Part shown: positions 56,896 to 64,000 of the stretch, piece by piece
Layout: every line of letters starts with the position of its first letter
How positions within the stretch are numbered: the first letter of the stretch is position 1
From: Thermoplasmatota archaeon
GTDB taxonomy: Archaea; Thermoplasmatota; Penumbrarchaeia; Penumbrarchaeales; Penumbrarchaeaceae
Length of the DNA stretch: 64,000 nt
NCBI GenBank assembly: GCA_025457865.1
Contig: JALOTP010000001.1
Span: 96,457 to 160,456, forward strand
Direction of reading: 5' to 3'
Made by a program: the position numbers and the translations under genes
Notes under the pieces: generated by a model
Databases searched by the model: none
What the model was told of the DNA's origin: nothing
What the model saw: the letters and a program-made list of their open reading frames with translations, nothing else

Positions 56896-57620
56896 TCCAG
56901 TCTCTCCACGGGGGTGGGGACCTGGTCCTTAACTTCCCTGACGACCCTGCCATCCTTCAGGTAGAGGACCCTGTTCCCTATCTTTGCCAGTTCCTTGTTG
57001 TGCGTGACTATCAGAACGGCCCTTCCATCGCAGGCGAAGGATGTGAGCAGGGACAGTATCATCTTTCCAGTGGTATAGTCCAGTTCACCTGTGGGCTCAT
57101 CGGCCAGGAGTATCTTCGGTTCCTTGGAAAGGGCCCTGGCTATGGAGACCCTCTGCTGCTCACCGCCGGACAGCTGATAGGGATAGTGGTCCCCCCTTTC
57201 TCCCAGTCCTACCTTGGTCAGGAGCTCCTGCGACCTCCTGTGGGCCTCCCTACCGCTGATGTCCATGATATATTCCAGTACGAACTCTATGTTCTCCCTG
57301 GCGGTAAGGTTCGGAATGAGATTGAAGAACTGGAAGATGAAACCTATGTTCTTCTGCCTGTACCTTGTCAGCTGGCGCTGGTTCAGGGATTGGACCTGAT
57401 GACCATCTACCCACAATCTCCCGCTGGTGGGAGTATCTATACCACCTATCTGATTGAGGAGAGTCGTCTTCCCGCAGCCCGAGGGTCCAAGTATTATGGT
57501 GACCTGGTCCGGGTAGAGCTCCAAAGAAACGTCCTTCAAAGCGGTGACCGTGACCTCGCCCATCCTGTAGACCTTCGACATGTTCTCTATCCTGATGACC
57601 GGTCCTATCGTTCCATTCAT
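56889..57620 (-). CDS. ABC transporter ATP-binding protein (LolD/MacB-like)
   Basis: GPSGCGKT, IGFIFQFFNL, LSGGEQQR, ADEPTGELD and VTH. Confidence 0.95.
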   Translation of the reverse strand: MNGTIGPVIRIENMSKVYRMGEVTVTALKDVSLELYPDQVTIILGPSGCGKTTLLNQIGGIDTPTSGRLWVDGHQVQSLNQRQLTRYRQKNIGFIFQFFNLIPNLTARENIEFVLEYIMDISGREAHRRSQELLTKVGLGERGDHYPYQLSGGEQQRVSIARALSKEPKILLADEPTGELDYTTGKMILSLLTSFACDGRAVLIVTHNKELAKIGNRVLYLKDGRVVREVKDQVPTPVERLEW

Positions 57621-58255
57621 CTTCCCAGCTCCTTGTAATGGTCCAAGAAGGTCCCCTTCTTGGCGCCCAGCACCCTTTCAATTATGTCAAGGATCCTTTC
57701 AAGCGACTCCATGACGATACTCTTCATCGTATGGTCAGACGTCCCCTCACCAAACTGTTGGGATATGCCAAGTACAGCTATGGCAGCTTCCCTCGGGTAA
57801 GGGACATCGAAAAGGCCTTCCCTGTTTCCCTGTTCAATGACCCTTGTAAAGGTGTTGATAAGCGAAGGCAGCATCCTCTTTTCGAGCTTGTAGTGGAGGA
57901 TTGCGTTCCTTTCCTCATGGATGAGGTCGGTCATCTTCTCCCTGCCGACCGTCAAGGACAGGGATGCCCTTGTTATGAGGACAAACTTTTCCATCGCATT
58001 CCTCCCGGGGTCATCCTCAATTTCTCTCATCTTAACTGTGAACTCGTTCACCAGTCTGTCCGCGAAGGCTTCAAGGACCTCCTCCTTGGACCTGAAGTAG
58101 AGATAGAACGTCCCCTGGGCGACCCCGACCTTCCTTACGATATCCGAGACGGCCGTATCGTCATACCCCTTCTCTTCGAAGAGGGCCTCTGCCGCATCTA
58201 TGAGCTCCTCCTTTCTGACCTCAGGGTCCTTGGATATGCGTGGTCCGGGGTTCAA
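57617..58255 (-). CDS. TetR/AcrR family regulator
   Basis: AA..LF.EKGY..T.VSDI...GVAQGTFYLYF.SKE. Confidence 0.93.
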   Translation of the reverse strand: MNPGPRISKDPEVRKEELIDAAEALFEEKGYDDTAVSDIVRKVGVAQGTFYLYFRSKEEVLEAFADRLVNEFTVKMREIEDDPGRNAMEKFVLITRASLSLTVGREKMTDLIHEERNAILHYKLEKRMLPSLINTFTRVIEQGNREGLFDVPYPREAAIAVLGISQQFGEGTSDHTMKSIVMESLERILDIIERVLGAKKGTFLDHYKELGR

Positions 58256-58278
58256 AGCTATGACACCTTCATAATCAC

Positions 58279-58295
58279 TGACTGACTATCAGTCA
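58279..58295. promoter_or_regulatory. probable TetR operator
   Basis: Perfect inverted repeat TGACTGA-cta-TCAGTCA between an AT-rich TATA-like element and the tetR start. Confidence 0.7.
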
Positions 58296-58362
58296 TAATA
58301 AATATTTATGTTTTACTGGGGAAATCCCTCAAATGGGACAGAGATGCATGGATGTTCCAAGG

Positions 58363-59043
58363 TCAGATATGGCCTTTTGAGGTCCTTATGAAACCATTAA
58401 TGACCTTGGTCCCGAAAGCAAGGACGCTCTCTGGAGCGTTATCATAGGCCTCTGGATGGAACTGGACCGCATGGACGTGTCTGGTCCTGTGCTTTGCATA
58501 TTGAACGTAGGAGGATCCCCCATCCCTGCTAACAGAACGGACCGAGAAGTCCCGTATGAGTACAGGGTCGTCCGGAGGGACGTAGTCCCTGTGGCTAACA
58601 TTGACTGGATGCTCACCGTTCCCCATGATCCCGCCCTCATCCCCATCCACATGGACCGTGATATCCCTCCCGTTCGGGAGCAGGAACTCGGTGGAATCCG
58701 GGTTCCGCATCACTTTGCAGCCAAAGGCATAGAGGACCAGATGGAAGCCGAAGCAGATCCCGAGGATAGGAAGGGGCGAGTCCCTGACCAGGTCGATCTC
58801 CATCCCTACCTTCCCCCGGTCCATAGGGTCCGAGATGTTCATGCCGGAACCGGAAAGGACCATCCGGTCGAATCCTTTCTCGATCGTCCTTATCCCGGGA
58901 AGGTCCTCGTAGCGTATGGTCACCACTTTGACCGGATATGAACGGAGGGTGTCCTCAAGCCTCTTTATCCGATGGTTCTTCTTCCCCTCCTCCTTGACTG
59001 TATTGTCGATGAGGAGGACTTTTGGTCTGGACCGTTCTATCAT
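58363..59043 (-). CDS. class I glutamine amidotransferase
   Basis: LSGSG, ILGICFG, SH.D and VQFHPE (catalytic triad motifs). Confidence 0.9.
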   Translation of the reverse strand: MIERSRPKVLLIDNTVKEEGKKNHRIKRLEDTLRSYPVKVVTIRYEDLPGIRTIEKGFDRMVLSGSGMNISDPMDRGKVGMEIDLVRDSPLPILGICFGFHLVLYAFGCKVMRNPDSTEFLLPNGRDITVHVDGDEGGIMGNGEHPVNVSHRDYVPPDDPVLIRDFSVRSVSRDGGSSYVQYAKHRTRHVHAVQFHPEAYDNAPESVLAFGTKVINGFIRTSKGHI

Positions 59044-59273
59044 CCGTGATCATCCAGTAACTTAGAGATAGAACAGGAGAAGGCTCTTCAATCTTTCCTA
59101 TGCATAACGTTCGGTCCATCACTCTGGCCCACAACGGATAATAATTAATCGAATGAAGGTCATTCCCTATATCGTGGGGGAACTAGTTCTGGAGCGGCCC
59201 ATCCTTGGCCCCTCTCCATGTAGGTTCCTGGTTTAGGGCATGATATGCCCTTCTATGACGTGAGGTGGTCAGT

Positions 59274-62200
59274 ATGGGTCGAACAAAGATAGTACTGATT
59301 TCGGTGATCTGTTTTGTACTTGTGGTGGGACCGATCTTAGACCCGGTCATCACTGGCTGGGTCAAGGGGCTGGGAGATGGCATGGACCTGGACACCAGGG
59401 CAGCCGTAATACCAGGGCCTTACAGGAACCTCAAGAAACTGGTGGACGATCTCCTTGCCGTTACAACGGATTGGACGGATTCGGATGAGGATGGCCTACC
59501 CGATGCGGTGGAAAGGATAATCGGGACCGAGTACGAAAATGCCGATAGCGACTACGACACATTGAACGATTCATATGAGGTGTCGCTGAACATCGACCCG
59601 TTGAAGGCCGACTCCAACGATGACGGATTGGTGGACCCTCGCGAGGTCTTGGATGTCCCATTGGACGTCGATGGAGATGGCGCACCCAACGGATGGGATC
59701 GGGACAATGACAATGACGGCTTCGAAGATGGTACGGACAAGTCACCCAGTGCCTGTACCGATCTTATAGATACCTTCCATCTGGACCTGAACACTACGGG
59801 AAAGCCCCTTTACATTTCCATGCAGCTCAGGCCCAAGAACCCGGAAAAGATGAAATTGATGCTCGGGACACTGGATTGGCCTTACGATGATAAGGGAGTG
59901 ATGAAGGACCTGGACAATTCGACCGGGGACGTCCTGGTATCGCCGATATTGAAATTGAAGGGGAATGTTTTACCAGCCCAGGATGAAGTGGTCGAATACG
60001 GCATGAAGGTCGGGGAAGATGGGGTAAAAGCACCGCTTTCCGCCGAGTGGGAATACGGACGCGTCGTTGGCTTAGGCGCCAAGATATTCTACCCGGGATC
60101 GGCAGAACCCATGAATCTGAGCCTGGATATGAGCATAGAATGGGTGGTGACGGGTATCACCGATACCGAGGTAAGGACGATCAAGGCCAATGATCAGAAA
60201 TACCTGACATCGATGGGCTCAGGATCGGTGAAGGCCAACTCCACCGAGAGGACCGAGCCCCAGCGGTTCGGTTGGGAGAGGATCGGCGAAGACAAGGTAT
60301 CTCTCAGGACAGCTGGCGGATATTATATCGGGGTGGACATGGACGGAAAGGTAAGATCCGGATTCGAAACGCGCGATGATCAATGTATATTCACGATAAA
60401 AAAAGAGACCGGCTACCAATATCTCACCGATGAAAACGGAAATTACTTAGTCCTGCTGGATGACGGCTCGATCGGAACGACAAAGGACAGGTCGGAAAAG
60501 GCAAGATTCGTCATTGAGAATGATGGTGTGCGGAAGAACAGCATCACACTCATGACCTATACGGATGAGTTCGTGATAGCGAGTCTAACGATTTCGGAGA
60601 ATTACGGGACCGATATCGGCCTGGTCTATTCCGAGGACGCGGAGGAGATGATCGCAGCGAACATGGTCCTTACAAGCAGTTACATGAGGAACTATTCTCT
60701 CAAATTGGATGAGATTCCCGAATTCCTCCAGGCGAGGAACATCACGATCCGCAATTCAACAGGAAGTTACCAGCATTCCGACCTGGCCGTCAAGGCTGCC
60801 CTGGGAACGATGGTTATTGAGGCTTTCGAGACCCTACCTGAGGGAGAGTTGTGTTCCATCACCACCTTAATGGAGGACAGTGCATCCATCGCCGACCTGA
60901 CGGGTATATCTTCCTTGAACGGCAGCTCTTTTTCTGTGGATATGTCGGATGTTCCAATTATCACGACAAGGCTCATGAAATCGACATGGTACGAACCCCC
61001 GTCGAAGGAACCGTTGGGACCCAGTGAATTCCTTTTACGGATCGATCCTTTGCTGGACCCGCTCAAGGATGAGGACAAGAAGTCGATGATCGGTATGGTC
61101 CTGTTCTGGAACGTGGGCGAGATACGGGTCATGAAGATAGGTGATGATGTAAAGGGTAACGGGACCGATGAATGGATGGAGGAAGCCTCGAGATGGAGCG
61201 GGGCAATAGTAGGAAGCATAAGTTTCGTCATCAATTTCGTGAAGGATTTCGTATTGCCGGTCCTTGAGTTCCTTACGTTCATGTATAAGCAATTCACGAC
61301 GAGCAGCCAGTTCCTGATCGCGATCATAAAAGGCACTGGCGCATCTGTACTGTACATCCTTAAATCCTTCAAGGACTGGGGCGCCTGGGGTTCGTCTGTC
61401 GCTAAGGTCCTTTTCGGGGTGGGGATCGTGATAAGCATCATCGGTTACGTCATAGATGTGGCGCTCCTCATATTCAATCTTGTGGCAATGTACGGCGCTG
61501 CTGCTTGCGACCCGTTCCAGATCACATTGACCACGATCTATGCTGTCATGGCTTTTTCATGGATAACAGCCCTGTTCGGAGTAGGCCTCTTCTTCTCGAT
61601 CCTAACCTTCATACTGAGCCTTCAAGCGATACCGGTAGGTGGCCAGATCGCAGGTTTCATAATCGGAGTGGTAGTGGCCATCGTCGGTTTGCTCTATGCG
61701 CTCGAGGAGCTGGTAGTCTCACTAATAACAGGTAAGAGCGGATCCGAATGGGTTATATCCTGGATCATAGGACTGATCTCAGGTGTGTGGGTGCTTACGA
61801 GCGTGGACATGGACCTGTTCAGTTCGGAGATATCGATAGATGATGTGACGGGTAACGGTCTCGATTCAAATGACAGGATCGAATTCAAGAACATCTGGGA
61901 CACTACTGTTACAAGGGATGATAAAGGAACGGCTGACCAGCTCAAGAACTCGTATATCCGACCCGATTACAGGATCTCGGTCCCCATGAACACTTCGGCC
62001 GGTCGGGTGTACTTCGAAACCGGCAATTACTCCAAAGTGATATCAAGCCAGGTCACGGACAATGAGAAGAAAGTACGATACGAATCGGGTGCATGGATCA
62101 AACCCGGCACCGGGATGGTGAACTATCCTGTGGTCGTTGACCTATTGATGAGCTACTCAAGGTACTATCAGGAATACCTTTTCTGGGGACTCATCCCGTT

Positions 62201-64000
62201 CGATCCCAAGACCGATTCCTCTGTTTCGGTCCTGGACACCTCGACCCATTATTTCGATATCTTGCCAGCCACAATCGATGAGTTCAACACCTGGAGATAT
62301 CTGATACATGCTGATGCGGACGGTGACGGGATCAACAATACGGATGAGGTCGGAACGGACCCGATGAGATGGGACACCGACGGGGATGGGCTCGGGGACA
62401 AGTACGAGCTGGACATCGGTTATGTGCCAAATGCCTCGGATTCGGATGGAGACGGATTGGTGGACAAGAGGGAGTTGTTCGCACGGATCGATCCGATGGA
62501 TGAGGATTCGGATGACGACGGTCTGACGGACATGGAAGAGCTCGAGGGATGGGTGATCAATTTCAGCTATTGTGGGAAGGATTTCGAGTGGCACATCATA
62601 TCGAACCCGGGGTACTCTGACACCGATGGGGACGGGCTCAACGATACCATGGAGTACCTCTGCCTCCTGAATCCAATGTCATACGATACGAACGGCGACG
62701 GGATGGACGACGAGCTGCAGGATTATACGACGACAGAGATCGAGCACGTCGAGACGATCGGCGATGATGACGGATACGCTCTCAAATCCTGCTATGGAGT
62801 AACTGTCCTGGAGGATGGAGGCTTGATCATGATCGGCACCAAGGATTTTAAAGATGATACCCTTGTGAAGATCGGTCCAGAAGGTGCGATCGTTTGGAAT
62901 TATACCGATCCGTATTCGCCCTTCGACGGGTTCGTGGATGTGGATTGCGGACCGGACGGGCGGATCTATGCATCCAATTATTATAACTATGACCCAACGG
63001 ATTCGATCGGGGTATGGGTCCTGAATCCCAATGGGACATATAATTCGACATTGCTGTTCCCGGACTTTGTTGTGGGTGTGCCAAATGCATTTTGGGTAAA
63101 AAGTCTGGCATTGGATGACGAAGGAAATCTCTATACATTGAGCACGTCCGATAGGGGCTTTGAACACATAGGATATCCAATTCAAGCCGGAGTGCATCTC
63201 GTCAAATTCTATCCGAACGGAACGGTCGCGGACATGTATTCGTTCCCTTCAGGGTCCACTAATCCTTTCCCGGGAGGGATCGAGTCCTTCCCGGACGGGA
63301 ACTGGCGCGGCACTCTGGACATCGACAGCAAAGGCAACATGTTCATCACGGATCCTTCCAGGGACCGGGTCCTGATCTTCGACCGTGAATATAATTTGCA
63401 GTTGGTCTGGGATATGACCCAGTTCGGTGAAGTGAAGGATCTCCAGATCGATGATGATGATAATGTCTACATCTGCGGATACGATGGTAGCCACGACCTG
63501 ATGCAGAAGTTCGATAGATACCGCAGGGTGATCGCGGAATGGTCCACTGATCTTTACGAGAACTCGGTGTGCCCCGATGGATCGGGTTTCGTCTATGTCG
63601 GCGGAGATGCGGCGACCGAACCTTACAGGGGTAGGATAATGAGGTTCTGGGAGAACGTCACTTTCCATCGGGTCTCGGAGAATTTCACTTACACTGATAC
63701 CGATGGGGAGGGGTTGACCGATGTTTTGGAGGAAACGGGGTGGAACGTGACCGTATCGTTGAAACATGCCTCCATTTCGTACCATATCAATTCGAGCATT
63801 AATTTAGTAGATACGGACATGGACGGATTGGATGACCTGGAAGAGTTCGAACTGGGATCGGATCCAAGGAATATAGATTCCGATATGGACTCTGTCCCGG
63901 ACCCGACAGAAGCACAGACCGGGACAAATCTGACATCATGGGACACGGATGGGGACGGACTAGGGGACGGACAGGAGGAGACGTTCAATAGCGATCCGTT
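59274..64000 (+). CDS. giant secreted protein, partial (>1575 aa): DxDxDG Ca-binding repeats, fascin-like beta-trefoil, internal hydrophobic helical domain, NHL-like propeller
   Basis: GAGGTG RBS then ATG at 59274 (MGRTKIVLISVICFVLVVGP). Frame spot-checked at 60171, 61143 and the window end. Its absence from the ORF track is consistent with no stop before 64000. Confidence 0.88.
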   Translation, partial: MGRTKIVLISVICFVLVVGPILDPVITGWVKGLGDGMDLDTRAAVIPGPYRNLKKLVDDLLAVTTDWTDSDEDGLPDAVERIIGTEYENADSDYDTLNDSYEVSLNIDPLKADSNDDGLVDPREVLDVPLDVDGDGAPNGWDRDNDNDGFEDGTDKSPSACTDLIDTFHLDLNTTGKPLYISMQLRPKNPEKMKLMLGTLDWPYDDKGVMKDLDNSTGDVLVSPILKLKGNVLPAQDEVVEYGMKVGEDGVKAPLSAEWEYGRVVGLGAKIFYPGSAEPMNLSLDMSIEWVVTGITDTEVRTIKANDQKYLTSMGSGSVKANSTERTEPQRFGWERIGEDKVSLRTAGGYYIGVDMDGKVRSGFETRDDQCIFTIKKETGYQYLTDENGNYLVLLDDGSIGTTKDRSEKARFVIENDGVRKNSITLMTYTDEFVIASLTISENYGTDIGLVYSEDAEEMIAANMVLTSSYMRNYSLKLDEIPEFLQARNITIRNSTGSYQHSDLAVKAALGTMVIEAFETLPEGELCSITTLMEDSASIADLTGISSLNGSSFSVDMSDVPIITTRLMKSTWYEPPSKEPLGPSEFLLRIDPLLDPLKDEDKKSMIGMVLFWNVGEIRVMKIGDDVKGNGTDEWMEEASRWSGAIVGSISFVINFVKDFVLPVLEFLTFMYKQFTTSSQFLIAIIKGTGASVLYILKSFKDWGAWGSSVAKVLFGVGIVISIIGYVIDVALLIFNLVAMYGAAACDPFQITLTTIYAVMAFSWITALFGVGLFFSILTFILSLQAIPVGGQIAGFIIGVVVAIVGLLYALEELVVSLITGKSGSEWVISWIIGLISGVWVLTSVDMDLFSSEISIDDVTGNGLDSNDRIEFKNIWDTTVTRDDKGTADQLKNSYIRPDYRISVPMNTSAGRVYFETGNYSKVISSQVTDNEKKVRYESGAWIKPGTGMVNYPVVVDLLMSYSRYYQEYLFWGLIPFDPKTDSSVSVLDTSTHYFDILPATIDEFNTWRYLIHADADGDGINNTDEVGTDPMRWDTDGDGLGDKYELDIGYVPNASDSDGDGLVDKRELFARIDPMDEDSDDDGLTDMEELEGWVINFSYCGKDFEWHIISNPGYSDTDGDGLNDTMEYLCLLNPMSYDTNGDGMDDELQDYTTTEIEHVETIGDDDGYALKSCYGVTVLEDGGLIMIGTKDFKDDTLVKIGPEGAIVWNYTDPYSPFDGFVDVDCGPDGRIYASNYYNYDPTDSIGVWVLNPNGTYNSTLLFPDFVVGVPNAFWVKSLALDDEGNLYTLSTSDRGFEHIGYPIQAGVHLVKFYPNGTVADMYSFPSGSTNPFPGGIESFPDGNWRGTLDIDSKGNMFITDPSRDRVLIFDREYNLQLVWDMTQFGEVKDLQIDDDDNVYICGYDGSHDLMQKFDRYRRVIAEWSTDLYENSVCPDGSGFVYVGGDAATEPYRGRIMRFWENVTFHRVSENFTYTDTDGEGLTDVLEETGWNVTVSLKHASISYHINSSINLVDTDMDGLDDLEEFELGSDPRNIDSDMDSVPDPTEAQTGTNLTSWDTDGDGLGDGQEETFNSDP

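Noticed and set aside
59183-63988. Many short minus-strand ORFs at the right end
   Set aside because: They are shadows of the uninterrupted plus-strand ORF starting at 59274.
1-64000. tRNA, rRNA, SRP or RNase P RNA, and replication origin
   Set aside because: No cloverleaf, conserved rRNA/SRP motif, ORB repeat or cdc6 was recognised in the short intergenic gaps. A covariance-model scan would be needed to exclude them.

Overview
Archaeal chromosomal window. TBP, ABCE1/RLI, MptA, DUF531, AcnX and a DUF217-type VapB mark it as archaeal. Gene content and the many FG-GAP/PKD surface proteins suggest an uncultured Thermoplasmatota lineage (inference). Most of the window is GC-rich housekeeping and metabolic DNA (nfo-like, larB, rli, acnX, hutI, eno, prs, mptA, an AddAB-like pair, tbp, a TetR-ABC module) interleaved with large membrane-anchored surface proteins. 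Main points of interest: (1) an AT-rich insert (~9.3-12.3 kb) fused to a vapB-like antitoxin gene, carrying two tandem modules of a HExxH zinc-peptidase C-terminal cassette plus an unrelated lipoprotein, organised like polymorphic-toxin/immunity cassettes; (2) an operon of a double ribbon-helix-helix gene, a small ORF and a degenerate FtsZ-like gene, with an operator palindrome and a structured intergenic segment; (3) a >1575-codon secreted toxin-like ORF absent from the ORF track because it runs off the right edge; (4) two tandem integrin-alpha-like receptors with a conserved cytoplasmic tail; (5) a probable CTG start codon. No rRNA, tRNA, CRISPR array, transposase or integrase was seen. All family calls come from motif recognition by eye, not database searches.
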